Shown here one piece after another: positions 13,101-26,213 of a stretch of 64,000 nucleotides of DNA; the stretch's first letter is position 1, and the number at the start of each line of letters is the position of its first letter. The notes beneath the pieces were generated by a model that ran no database searches, was not told the DNA's origin, and was given only the letters and a program-made list of their open reading frames with translations. The DNA is taken from assembly GCA_036172245.1 (NCBI GenBank), contig JAYWIR010000016.1:2666001-2730000 (forward strand), in the 5' to 3' direction. The stretch comes from Raillietiella orientalis (Eukaryota). Position numbers and translations under genes: made by a program.

Positions 13101-16100
13101 AAGAGGCCGCGCACGATCCTCACGTCTTCCCAGAGACGCCAGTTCAAGACGTCCTTCGAGATCAGCCCCAAGCCTTGCAGGAAGGTAAGAACGGGAACGG
13201 GTCGCCCTTCCCCTCCCCCACCCCCAGGGAGGTAGGAGGGGAATGGTTTTGCCCCCGGGGCTCAGAACCGCCTCCCTCCCTCAGCCTCCTCTCCCATCCC
13301 TCCTCCTCCAGCTGCGGAGGCGACCCGTTAGGGTGCTCTGGAAGTCCTCGAGCGTCCCTGTAGGTGGTGCCCTCGAGAGCCCCTGAGATTTCCCGCTGCT
13401 GGGAGAGAGCTCAGTAACGTTGCAGAGCCACGATCGGGTTTATCCCTTATCCTCCTCCAGGAAGATCGCCGCCGAGCGACGACGGAGCTTCGCGCTTTCG
13501 CTTCCTAAAGGCTCCTCCTCTCGGGAGACGAAGGTGCACCCTTGGTCACCGGGTGAGAGGGCTCTCGTCTTGCAGGATCACAAGGCGCTCAGATACCCTC
13601 CTCTTCCCGAGAGGAAAAGGGCCGAAGGAGGAGGGTCCGAGCCGGTCCAGAGGAGAAGGGAAGACGCGGTGGGTCTCCGGACCCGTCCCGTCTCTTAGGA
13701 AGTTACCGGTTGGGAGGTGCACGTTCCTTACTGGAGGCCGCGATGAAGCTCGGCGGGAAGGAGGAGCGCGCGTCGGTGTGCGTTGGTTGACATGGAACGC
13801 TTTGGGGAGGCAGCTGCTTGGCTGTGCACGGTTTCCCGGGGAAACCGCGGCTGGAGGCGCTGCTGGTCAGTCGCTCTCCACGAGCGCGGCAGGTCACACG
13901 GATTGGGCACGAAACCTTCCCGGCAGGCTGCGCGAAGACACGAGCGTGGCATCCCCTCAACAGCCGCTCCCTGCCGGAAACGGGGGCACACTCCCTCGCT
14001 CCGCGAATGGCTGCTTCCGGGCACCCCGATACGCTCTCCCGAGGGACAGGTGCGCGCGCGCTCGGTGAGGGAGGCGCCTCTGAGACTCGCTCCCCTTTCC
14101 TCTACCCTTCTTCCTCCTTTTCCCCGTCCCCATCTTTTTGCTCGCCTATCGGTTCTCCTTCTTGTCGTTCACATCTTCCCTCTTCCACCGTCGCTTCCGC
14201 TTTCCCCTCCTTCGTCCCGCGACCGTCTTGCCTCTCCTCTTCCCCCCCTTCGCCACCCGCCTCGTTTCCCGCAGCGACACTTGCGCACGCGTAGAGACCG
14301 ACGCCCCTTCGCACCCCACTTGATACGCCTCGGCATCTCTTCCGGACACCGCCGGAGGCGGTCGGACACTGCAGGAGCGGATGCCGGAGACTGGTGAAAG
14401 AGTGGAGGATTCTGGAAGGAGAAGCGTGCTTGGGAAACTCGCGGGGTGCAGGGTCCGTGCGAAGCGGCCCTGGAGCTCCCGGACGGCGTCACAGGTGGAA
14501 GAGCGGCGGAACTGCCCAGAAACAAAAACCTCGCTGTTTCGGGAGGCGGAGGGAGGCTTCGGAGGGAAAGTTCGCTCCAGCAAGGGCAGGGTGCGTCTCA
14601 GGGAGCTTCGGGAATCCATCTCTTCGACCCTGTAAAAGATGCTGCGTTCCTGTCCCATTCCTTTTCTCTTCCTCCCCTTCCCCTTTCCTCCTTCCAGAAC
14701 CCGGTCGCACAAGCAAAAGGAAGCCGCAATTCCGCGGTGGAACGCACTCGCACCTGGAGCCGCCGGGACTGGAGACGGAGCTCTGGGGAGAGACCGGGGC
14801 GATTGTTCGGGAAGCGAAAGCGCAGGAAGATCCCCGCACTTCCGCCTGCATCGGCCTCAACGATCCGACCCTCCTTCTACACTCTTTGCCCTTTCTCCGT
14901 CTCCTGGGCGACGGTCCAGAGCCGGAGAGAGCTCAGAAGAGGAGCTCGCGCCTCTCCCGGAAGTTTCTTTGCTCTCCTCTTCCCGTTCTCCCTGCTCCTG
15001 CAGCTCGCATCCGGGGAGATCTCCCGCGGGTCGACTGGGTCGGGCGCTGAGCTCGCGACGTGGCGGACGCGCGGGGGCTCGCTGGGTGCCCTGCACGCAC
15101 GCTCCGTCGCATCCGAAGGTCCGCACACACATACGCAGGTGCAGGTTCCCATGGTGACGCGCATCCCGTCTGAGCGCCCGGCCACCTGCAGCTGTCCCCG
15201 TCTGCGAATCCGCGTGCGAGCGCGCGCACGACTCCTTCCCCTCTCATTCCTCCTCCTCGCTCCCTGATCCAGACGTCCGAGAGCGAGACGGGTCGATGGT
15301 TTTCCTGCTGTGTCCTGGAAAAGGAGGGGGGGTTGAAGGAAGACCAGGAGTGCCGCAGCCTCCCATCCGTGTCCCCTTCCCTCACCACACTGGGGCGATC
15401 ACCGCGGCAGCGTCACGCGGGTCAAGCCCGGAGTTTAGGTAGCGCTGCACGGAGATGGTCTTTGTAGGAGGTTTGGAGATGGTCTCTTTCCTCCAGACCC
15501 TCTCCCTCCTCCTATTCCGGAGCCTGGAATCAAATTCTGCAGCAGGAGGCGAGCTCAGAGACCTACGACGCGGTCCCGTTTTCCCCTCCACCGACGGCGG
15601 GAGGAAAGAGACTCTCGTGAAGGCCAGGAATAGTGTATCTGGGTGTGTGGGTCTCCCAGACGTCCTCTTCCGAATCCTAGGCAAGTGGCTCAGCATCCAC
15701 AGTTGACCGTGCACGCCGTCTTCTGCAGAGGGGAGGGTCGCCGTGGCAGCCTACCAGCAAGCCAGTTCCCTCCCCCCTCGCGAGCGCCTCTGTTCCTGCT
15801 TGACCTCCTCCTACCGCGGTCATGTGGGATGGTCGTTCGGGTCCATCTCTGGATGGAAGAGTCACCCTCGCTCTCAGAGAGGACCCAGCACGGGAGACTG
15901 GATCCAATCCCTGTTCCCTCCCCTCCCTCAGCGTTGTCACAAACTCTCTCCGGTCCAGAACCCCCTCCGAAACTCCCTAGAGCGGCCCAGCCGCGGTTAG
16001 TAGAGGTCTCTTGGTCCAGCAGTGGACCTGCTGTGCGTCCTCAGGGATCTCCCAGGGCTCCCTGCAGGCGGCTAGGGGAGACAGCGGGGGACGGGAGAGG

Positions 16101-19100
16101 GATGGACGAGGCGCAGGTTGCCGCGAGCGCGTGCGGGAGAAATGCCGGGTGCGCTCCGCCTGCCAGCTCGGGACGGCGTGCGCGCGCGCGGAGGACATTT
16201 CCAGAGTGACGAACGGCGGCGGGCCCGTTGCCTCCTCCTGGGCGAATCGAATCGCATCCAAGGGGAACGGCAGGAGATTCCCGGCGCGGTCGCTGATCGA
16301 ATAAAAGGCGGAGTGATTGATGAATCCTCTCTTCCCTTCGCTCCCCCCTCCTCCTCCTCCTTCCCGCGTTCCGTTGCTCATGGCAACCGGTTTGCAAACG
16401 GACGACGTGGCGCTGCAGCTTTTCCTCGCCACGCGGGAGCTCCCGTCTCTCCCGGAGTGACGCTGGGGCCCCCATCGCAATCGATACCTGCTCCCGATTT
16501 TTGGGGAATCAGAGGTGGAAGGGCGGACGGGGAGGAGGGGGCTGGCATTCCGGGGATTCGATCGAGCGGCATCGGCTGGGCGTGTGCCCGGAGAAGGGGC
16601 GTTCCCTCCTCCGGCGGCAGGTGCGCGTCCCCTCCTCCCGGACCCTTTTCGAGTGACGTCACGCATCCGTTACGCTCTTCGTCCTCACTCGGAATGGCGA
16701 CGGTCGGGAGGACGGGACAGGAGTCTTTCCGAAGCCGCCGCTCCCCATCCTCCGTCCCGCCCACGCACCGGAGGAGGTCGCCCCCGAAGGCACCTGCTCC
16801 GGGAGCGAAGAAGAAGAGTGGCGTTCCGCGTGTGCCAGTCACCGCTGCTTTCCCGGGATACCTCCCCACCCCACCCATCCCCCCAGCGGACCTCGCGCCG
16901 CAGAGGGTGAGTGGGTGGGGTGGATGGGTGTCTCTTCCTTTTCCCGGAGAAAGGAACGCAGTGCGAGCGGCTCGAGCAGGGAGGGAAGGGGTGCGCTTGG
17001 GGAGAGTTCCTCGCCCGGATGGCAAACGGACTCCGCCACTTGCCCTTCGCACTCCCCTCGATCCTTCAGCCGCAGCATCCGAATCTCCTCCGAATCCCCT
17101 TTTACCTTAGAAGGTGGGCGGTAAGCGGGACGGGCTCCCCCCAACGCCCTAGGGGTGTGCGACCAGAATTCTTCCGCACGTTGTTTCCGGCAGGTCCGAG
17201 AGGCGCTGGCCAAGGAGACCGGGCTCAGCGTGCGGGTGGTGCAGGTGTGGTTCCAGAACCAGAGGGCCAAGATGAAGAAGCTGCAGAGGAAGGCCAAGCA
17301 GGAGTCGGAGAAGCAGACGCTCGAAGACGACCCCAAGGACGACCCGGACAGCGAGAAGGACAAGCTGAAGACAGACGAGAGCGTGGAAGGTAGGTGGCCC
17401 CTCCCCACCTCCCGCCCCGTGCCATCAGAGCGAGGTCAGGCAGGAGCAACAGCAGCACCACGTCCCTCCTGGACCAACTGGAATCTCCTTACCCGGCCAA
17501 CACGCCCGGATCAGGAGCCGTTCCCTACTCGCCGGACGGTAAGGCCCGGGAAGAAGGGGGGCATCACGCGCGCAGTCGGAACCCCGACCGCCCCTGTGCC
17601 TCTTCCGTGACTCCAGTCATGCCGCGAGAGAGAGTCTTGGGGGACTCTCGAGCTGCAGCAGGGGATCCGAGAGAAGGGAACCCGGCGACCTCCGCTAGCT
17701 CTTCGGCCCCATTCGGCCTCCGCGTGGACCCAATGTGGATCCAAGGAGCTGGCGTCCACAGCTACCGGAGACCCTCTGGACCTTCTACGGAAGACCAGAC
17801 TGGGCAGGGAGGGAATTCGGACACACCCACCGGCCACACACACCCACACCCGAGAACCCTTTCGGGAGACGCATTACCCGTTTGAGACACATTCCACCCG
17901 CTCTCACCTCCCTTCCCCCTTCATGTGAGATGCGCCCTACCTGGCATGCATCTCGAATGAGCTGCAGGCCCTGAGGATGCGGAAAAACGGGATGAGCAGG
18001 GCTCTCTGGGGGGAAGGGCTCGACGCCTTCGTCCTCCCACGTCTCTCGGACTGCACGTCCTGCCTTCTTCCCGGCTTGTCCCTCGCCAGTCACAGAAGGC
18101 AACTGAGTTGCCTCCTCCCGAGGGCGACTCAGCAGTCTGCTCTCTCCCCGAAGGCGCTTCCGAGGCGGTCCGGGAAGAGGAAGAGCCCGAAAGGGATCCG
18201 CAGGACGTTCGAGCGTCCCAGGGAGCTCCCCCTGCAGGAGCTTCCCGCGCAGCTGCCAGGGTCGAACGACCTCTCTGGAGGAAGCCAAGGGAGGTGTCTC
18301 CCAGGGCAATCCGGGAGAGGAACGGAGCCACCCCGCTCTAGCTCGCGCACGCCAGGAGAGGAGCGCCACACTCCCGGGAAACCGTCGGACGCGAGGACCA
18401 GAGAGGCAGAGGCCCCTGCGGGGAGCTGCGCGCTGGGAGGTGGCCTCGTCGATACCCAGCGCGTCCCTCCCTCTCGGAGTTCTGCAGGATCTCCCCTCTT
18501 CCCCACTAACTGGACTAGAGGAGCGACCGTCCAGTGCGGGATTGCGTGGGGTCGGCGTGACTGCGGCGGCCTCGCGAAGGAATGGGATGATGGGAGGAGG
18601 GTCGAGGGTAGAGAGGAAGCAGGAGGGAGGACATGAGTCTCTCTATAGAAAGGAAGAGTCTCCGTGAACCTCCGCACGCAAAGGAAGGAGGGGGGAGAAG
18701 GAGACGCCCTGAACCATAGACCGGCCGTCCTTTTTCCAGATTCTCCCGGAGGACGCGTCGCTCGCCGGTACGGTGCCGCTCTCCGCGTGACCCCGAGGGT
18801 GCTTGGCGGGGCCTCCCCTTGCAATGGAGCCATGGGCAGGGAACCTCCTTCTCTTCCTCTCTGTAAGATCTGCGGTCTCCGGGAGAACTGTGGAGGGGAG
18901 GAGGCTGTGAGGTTGGAGTCCTGAGCTCCTGCCCGTGGGGGTGTGAGACAAGGGTCCTCCCATTCCAGATCGCAAGGGAAGAATGAGACGCCTCGGCATC
19001 ACAAGAGGACGCCAGCGCGCGTCACGAGGGCCGTCTCGTCCACAGTTCCCAGCGACCGGGATGGGAGGGAGCGTCCAGGAAAGGCTTGTGGAAGAGGGAT

Positions 19101-19910
19101 AGGACCATCGTGCGCGCGTCCTCCTACCCAACTACTTGTTCCTTCTCCTCCCTCCCTCTTGCTGCGTTGTGCCAAAGGGTGCAGTCGAAGCGGGATGTCT
19201 CCGAGCTGGGGATAGCGTGGGTCCGGGACAAGAGTACAGAACAAAAGTCGGGTGATGTCCGTACACGTTCGAGCTGCATGGATTGGGGACGGCGTGGGGT
19301 GGGGTAGGGCGGGGCGCGCTTACTGACGAAAGGAGATGGGACGTGGATCGAGTACGAGAGGGGGTGGCTATGCGAGGGAGGGGGGTAGGGGTAAGGATAG
19401 CAGAGCGCTCCGTGGGGGAGGAAGCTGCGCAGGGTATCTCCATTCGCTTCCCCTTCCCTTTCCTTGCGCCCTTCTCTCACCCCTTCCCTTCAGCGGGCTC
19501 GGTCGCCAGAGACGGGGGGCATCGTGAATAAGGGAGGAAGGAAGAGGATCGACTCCTTCCTCTCCTTCCTCGTAGCCCTTCCTTCGCATCCCGGTGCCAC
19601 TGCCTGCTCTCTCTGCCCCCGCTTGTCTCTTCCCTTCCGTGCGCTCATCCACCCACGTCTCTTCTCCTCAGGTGATCCCTTCAACACGAACTCAGGAGAA
19701 AGCATGGGGGGCGGCTCGGAGCTGTCCCTGGATGACAACCTTGAATTCGAAGGCCTTGAGGACAGCGAGGAAGTGTCCGGCCCGATCAGGGGGCCAACGC
19801 GCCCGTACCCTCCCCCTGCCGAGAACCACTCCCACCCCTTGTCATACCCCCAGGTTAACCCCATAGACAAGCTGTACATGATGCAGAGCTCCTACTTCAG
19901 CAGCGACTGA
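10137..19910 (+). CDS. Lmx1: LIM homeobox transcription factor, Lmx1 class (LIM1-LIM2-homeodomain); start codon/first exon not resolved
   Basis: Phase-consistent GT-AG exons: 10137-10329 (LIM1 [15 protein letters not shown]...[11 protein letters not shown]...LFCKMDYE), 12565-12785 (LIM2 KCGSC...[11 protein letters not shown]...KGDQFVL...LCRADFEKE), 13042-13184 ([34 protein letters not shown]), 17194-17389 ([29 protein letters not shown]), ~17440-17538, and 19672-19910 ending in the Lmx-type motif [17 protein letters not shown]. Confidence 0.96.
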
Positions 19911-20245
19911 CCGCGGAGCACCCTCCCCTTCCCCACCGGTCCTTTCCCGCCCACGCTTCAGAAGGCAATAGAGGGTATCCTCCCATCTGATCTCCCCCCC
20001 TCCGGCTCCTTCGGCGACCTCGAGGGAAGCGGACGTCCTCGGCAGCCGCGGCTCCTGCCCACAGGAGAGGCGGAGGGGCGAGCGGGCCGGCTTCCTCTTC
20101 GCGAGTCTTTCCAGCCCTTGGGATGCCTCCCCCGCCGTCTGCAGGACGAAAGGATTCCCGTCCACCCTCTGCCTTACCGGGAAAGCGCCCAACCCAGGAA
20201 ACCCAGGAGGATCGGGAGAGGAAAACAGGAGGTCCCCAGGGAGCC

Positions 20246-20251
20246 AATAAA
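20246..20251 (+). other. Candidate polyadenylation signal for Lmx1
   Basis: AATAAA ~335 nt downstream of the Lmx stop codon, in otherwise GC-rich sequence. Confidence 0.35.
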
Positions 20252-21985
20252 AACGTGGAGGGGAGGAAAAGTGAGGAGTTGCCCCTTTTCTTGCACCTCG
20301 CCCCTACGCGCGGGCGCTTCCCGAATGCCTCGTTTCCGAGTTTGGGGAGTTTGCCAACCGCCCGCGTTCCCGCAGAAAACAAGGATGAAGTCTCCGGCTC
20401 GCCATTGGGCCTTCTGTAGAGCGATGCCCCCCCGCGGGAGGGCCTACATCGCTCCGTAAGAGTCTGCACCCCTACGGAACTCGCAAGAAGAAAGTAAGGA
20501 GGGCGCCCTCTAGGGAGCGAGACCCCTGTACCAGCGATGGGTGCGGAGAACGCAGGTTTGGGTCGGGAAAGGCAGCGGCCTTTCCCGACCTTGGCTGGCT
20601 CATCGATGCCCGGAAAGTGGCAGAAATGATGCGAACGCCGGCCCATAGAAAGCGGCCAGCCGGGAGCGACCTTTGACCTCTCTCGGCAAAGGGAAGCTGT
20701 GATCCATCACCTCACGCCCTCGCCTGGGAAGACGAGGGTAGAAAGCGGAGAAAGGAAGGGAGTTACCCTTCGGAAGCGCTTCCAGAAGGCCCACCATTGG
20801 ACTGGCCCCTCAGTCTGGGCCAAACTGAATCTGCGACCTCTGCTGTAGAGACGAGAAACCACATCTCCAACTATCTCCATGGTTCAGAGCAGGGCCGCAG
20901 GGGAGAACGAGATCGCCACGCGTCGACGAGCAGCCTGTGTGCGTTTCTGCAGTTGCCAAAGACACCGGAAGGAGAGTGGTTCTGTGTCGCTCCTTGGCGA
21001 GAGCTCGAAGCTCGACCTACGACCCTGCTCCCACCTCTGAAGGAGAGTTGCGACCGATCGTGCCTCCTCACCAGCTTGGACCCTTGTTTCCCCTCAGTTC
21101 TGCGCAGTGAGACTACCCTCGTTCCCAGCGGGAGTTCCGAACACGAAGGCGCGCTGTTCCAGTTGGGACTTCCTCGAAATGCCCATCCAGTCTCCGGTGT
21201 GGGAGAATCTGCCCTTGGCCGCAGGCCTCCCGGTGGAGTTGTTGGATCAGGTGGGAAAGGCCCGGTGCGCCCAGAGCTGCAGCAACGCTGCCGCCATGGT
21301 CGCTTCCAGAGGGGGGCAGATAGCACCGGCCGCGCTTCCTTGCATCCGACGGCTCATGCGCAGAAGACCGCTCGGGACTTTAGTAATTGCGCCCTTCCCG
21401 TCTTCTTTCCCCACACTCGACCCATTTCGGCCTTCTTCCCCTCACCCCCTTTCTCTTCTCGAACGCGACCCTCGTTCGGGTGTTTTCGCTTCCATGGACC
21501 GCAAATCGCCCTCCCTCGCCTCTCCTCCCGTTTCCCAGCTGGTCGCGGACCGGAGCCACGCTCTGGCGGAGATCCCGAGGCAACAGCACTACCGGCTTCT
21601 TGATGGCGCGGCCGGAAATGGTGGAGTCTCTCGAGAACGGCGGCCTGGACCTTTGGCGGTGGAACCCCCAGAGTGACCTTCGCGGGCGCCTGGAGATCCC
21701 GCGGGACGAAACCGAGGACTGGCGTCCCTCGGCTTCGACCTCCCGGCTCCGGCGGGACCGAACGCGGGTCGTCGTCCCACGCGTCGGTTTCCCACAGTTC
21801 CAGCGTGCGCGAAATAACTCCCGAATTCGCACGTTCCTCCTGCGATTGAGCTCCGCCGCCGCAGTACGCTGCCTGCTCAAGACAGCCTCCGGATCAGCAA
21901 AGAGAGGAGGCATCTTGGACTGGAGCAGTGAACTCGCCTGGACGCTCCGGTCGAACATCCGTCCGGACGGCTGCGTATCCTCGCG

Positions 21986-22360
21986 GTGACGTCACCCCGA
22001 ACTCTCAGGAAGCTCCGTACACGAGCTCCCACGCATCAAAACGGTTTCCATGGTAACCCAAGAGCTGTGGATCTCGGGTTAGGAGCTGGCGGTGTCCTTT
22101 CGGAGTTTCCCGACCTTGGCAAGCGGTCTGCCACAGCCTGGAGGATGACTCTCTCCGTAAGCCTCCTGGAGAAGGGGAGGAGCAGCGGTCTCGAAGTCCT
22201 CTTCTTCGAGCAGTCCCTTCCAGCTCATCGGAACGAAAGGCGAAGTGAAACCACCCCAATCGCCTTCACATTCCTTCCCATCCCTCCCCCTTTTCATCTA
22301 CTGGTCCAAAGAGCGAGATCGAGCAGCCTCCGGGACTGATTCCGGCGTCACTTCCGGTAC
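21986..22360. promoter_or_regulatory. Candidate promoter: palindromic CRE, RFX X-box, ETS site
   Basis: GGTGACGTCACC at 21986-21997, GTTTCCATGGTAAC at 22044-22057 (fits X-box consensus GTHNYYATRRNAAC), CGTCACTTCCGGT at ~22346-22358. Confidence 0.45.
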
Positions 22361-25300
22361 CCTCCAAAGACAGGGCCTGCACTCTTGATGGTGACACAAA
22401 TAAGTTAGGAAGAAAGGAGGGGGCTCCCTGCGCTCCTCAGGGAATGAAGAAATGGTTCGACTCTGATGCTGTCTCGGTGAGGGAGGTGCTTCGGTTGATG
22501 GAGGCTGGAAGGGAGAGAGAGGGTTCGGTTCTTTTGGAGATTTGATGGCGATGGCAAGTGAGGGAAACCTTGGGTAGAAGAAGAGGGGGAAAGGGTTGGA
22601 GAGGATGCATTGGGCATACCTGGTGGCTCCGATCCCCTGTTCTTCCGAGCCTCGCCTAGGGTAGGGGAAGGGAGGGAGAGAAGAAGGCTGGATCTTGCGC
22701 TCCCGAAAGGTTTGTCTGACAAGACGATTCTCTGGACAAAGGAAGGGAGGAGAACGAGAAGGAAAGGAGGTCCTGTCCCCAGGATGACCAGCCGGCAGGC
22801 AGAATAAGTCGAAAGGGAAACGAACGCCAGAGGCTCTTTCCTTTCAGAGTGATCCCTTAGGAACCTATCTGGAAGCAAGACCTGCCGGTCCTCTTCCCTA
22901 GAAACTCCTTCCAGGAGAAGAGGAAGAGAACAGAAGAGATTGCAGATCCGGCGTCTCACCACAGTCACTTCTCCGACACGCTCTCTGCCGTTAGCTCGGA
23001 TCACGAAAAACGCAACACCCCCACAAAATCGAACATTCCAGACTGACTCGAGAGAGACTCGTCCTTATCCTTCCCATCTTCTCCCTTAGATGCCCTCATT
23101 TTTAGTATCGACTTTCCAGTTTCATGTCAGAAAGATAGGCCGGAGACAAGGAATCCTTCTGCAAACACCGATTCCAGGAAATCCCGAAGCCGAATGTTCC
23201 TGAGCAGGAACCAGGAGTAGAGCCCCTCACTCTGGTTGTGTCCTCACTGTATCGCCGCCATCTCCCATGATGACAGAAATGAAGAGCGCGGACTTTAGAA
23301 GGAATTCGTTGTTGCCTTTCCGGCCCCCAGCCATAATCGCGGACCACATGCAGGCGGACAGACTGCATCTCTCAACATTCTGGATCTCCAATCAGCAAAG
23401 GGATGCCTTGAGGCTTTCATGCTGCCACCTCCGCGTGGCTCTGCGGAGAATCCATCGAATTCTCCAAGCCAAGGTGCGTACGGACTTCAATTTGAGGACC
23501 CGCTGTGGTACGTTCCTGTGGATTCCCTTTGTGCTTCAACCACTCTTCGGCCGGCTACATTCTATAGATGGATCCGAGCTACTATTTTGTCCCCACTCTT
23601 CTTTCGCATTAAGGTGGCTCGAGGTGGAACACGCCGAGCAAAATGCGGATCGGAAGGCCTGTCTCCTTGGACCATTCAACAAAATGCGAGTCCACACAGC
23701 ACCCTCAGGAGGAATCTGCAAAAGGCGTACTTAGCGGCAGCATGCTGGAACAAAAAAGTGAATCCGTTCCTCGAAACGCCCAAGTCTCAAAGTGCGAGTG
23801 CCTTGATCAACTGCTTCGTGAACTTGAAGTCGACCCGCACGCCATCCGTCAGGGTCGCAAGCCAATCCACAGCTAGGCAGTAGCAAGATGGTGATCGAAG
23901 AGTCGGTGGCCAACGTCGCTCGAGCTTGCGAACAAACCCAAGTCAAACCCTAGAAGCCTTGCGACGGCAGATCCGGGGTGCGTTACCGAGCCGTGGTAAC
24001 GTCTAACGAACCAGGAGAAGTATTGAAAGCTGAAGTAAGTAACGTGAAGGTCACTTGTGCTACTGTGAGCAATTCCCGATTCCAGACGAGATTCCGAGTC
24101 CGGGATCCTGTAGCGCACATTAAAGCGAGGCTCATCAGCTCTGTAAAGGCATAAAGGGAAGAACTTGGAGGGTCAGACCAAACTGAAAAAGGTCCCAGTG
24201 AAATGCGTCGAAAGTTTCCCCTTGAATATCAACGAGGCCCCACTGAGGAACGACCGAGGTCCTCGGGGACTTGCGCGTGAGCAGCTCTTGCGGAAAGTGG
24301 ACGAATGCAACTGCCTTACATTCCTGTCTCCCCATTTTCATGAAAATTCTAACATACCCAAGGAGGAAATCCACTGTGGTTTTTCCGCGAATAGTCTTTT
24401 GATTTTGCTGTGCAAGTTTACCTGAATACGGTATTCAGTTTACTCGAGGGGAGTTTTTTCTTGCAAGAGTTCGCACCCGAAAAGTCAGAAAAGTTTGTGC
24501 TTCATAACCTCCGAAATGCACGCTACCACATTTTCGAGATACAAAATCACAATTAGAAGAATGTCTTATCCGGATATCTCTTATTGCTTTCTCTTCGTTC
24601 TCGAGCCGGGGCAAAAAACCCTTTCTATGTAAAGACTTTTGCTTTAATCTACAAACTGGAATATAAATCGTGAATCATAAGAGCCCGGAGTTTTTTATTG
24701 CTCCCAAAGCTGTTGCTGCTGCAGTCTATAGCCACAACTGCAGCCTTTCTGATTCAATTCACTCTTGGAACGAGAAAATTTTCCGAAGCTACCTGATGTG
24801 TTGTGGCAACCCATTTCGAGGCCAACCACCGTAAGCCGCTAAAATTTTGCATCGTTTAAATAAAGGCAAGCAAGGAAATCTGGAGAAGAACCTTCGTGAA
24901 ACTGAATTCCCTGACCTCTGAACGAAAGCCGTACAGAAAGGAAGCCAACGGGGCGCATTTTGCTGAACGGTGCACACCCGCGAGTCTGCTACGGAAGCTG
25001 GACGCGTCTCGGAGCATCTGTACAACCACATCGAAATTGTGTGGACAGGATGACCACCTGCAAGGCCTCATGAACTTACGATCGAGGCTTGTTTAGCGTC
25101 ATGAGTATAAAGCAATCAAAAGTAAATGAATAAATGCATTCCGAAGAATTCGGAGAAAAAGTTCGCCAGCACCAAACGAAAAAATGGCATAAAGAATCAC
25201 ACTGTGCAGCGTGCAGATTGCAAAAACAAATGCTATCCATGTGGCCGATATTTATTTGTGAAACATTAGTGGCACGGAGCGGCGCCACTACTATGTAATT

Positions 25301-26213
25301 AATTCAACGTCACTCGATTGCTTTTGCAATGAAGAGACGTAGGTCTCTCAATATCTGGTTGATTAGATTTTTAAACAGTAAGGAAATTCGAACCTAAAAA
25401 AAAGAACTGCGGGAAAATGAAACCCGGGAAAGCATGTAGGTATGCAGGGATAACCCAAATGCAATGCGAGATGAGACCGACTAAATCAATGGTAAGAAAA
25501 AAAAAAAAAAAAACTACGAAAAGCCCTTCATATTGTGATTTACATAAGTAATCACCGGTATTCCTGTTAAGTGAAACCATTTTGACTTCGCTTTGGTGTG
25601 GCAGAGAACTGGTCAGAACAGTGCAAGCTTCCAAACAAGCCTTCTCACTTTTCTTGGTTCTCACTGCTCATATTAAGAACTATGATCCGGGACTGAGAGA
25701 AGTGATTCCCGAAGCTATAAAGCACCTTCGCATGAGACATCATTTATGGCTTCCTCGCCTTTCCAGAATTTCAAAGGGTACGTTTCGGCAAACAGAAGCA
25801 ATCTTGAAACAAGGGTAAAAGTTGGAGCTGGGCTAATGCGGCAGTGTCAAAGAAAGACGACCACGTATGTAATAACCGCCACTTAAAATAGAGAGCAGAC
25901 CCTTGAACCACAAGAACTGATGATTTCCTTTAAAAGACACTTGTTCTATGATGCGTCTTTTCTTCCATCTTCTCGATCAGGGCATTTTTAACCTGCCAAA
26001 CTATAATGCTGAGCACCAGAAACTTCCAGCCACATCCATAAACATTGCTTCCTATCATTAACCATTTCAGAAATAACAGAAGAAGCCTAAGGAGACTTGC
26101 ACCAAATTAATTTTTCTGAGCCTTCTCAAGCTATTCACCAATGGTACAACTGGTAGAACAAGTGAAATTCTCTCAGATAAAAAACTGCTCACTAGAATAA
26201 ACGATGTAACGGA

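Noticed and set aside
22400..25100. Short ORFs and exon-like segments on both strands between Lmx1 and FTSJ3
   Set aside because: No consistent spliced model or recognisable homology could be built by eye.
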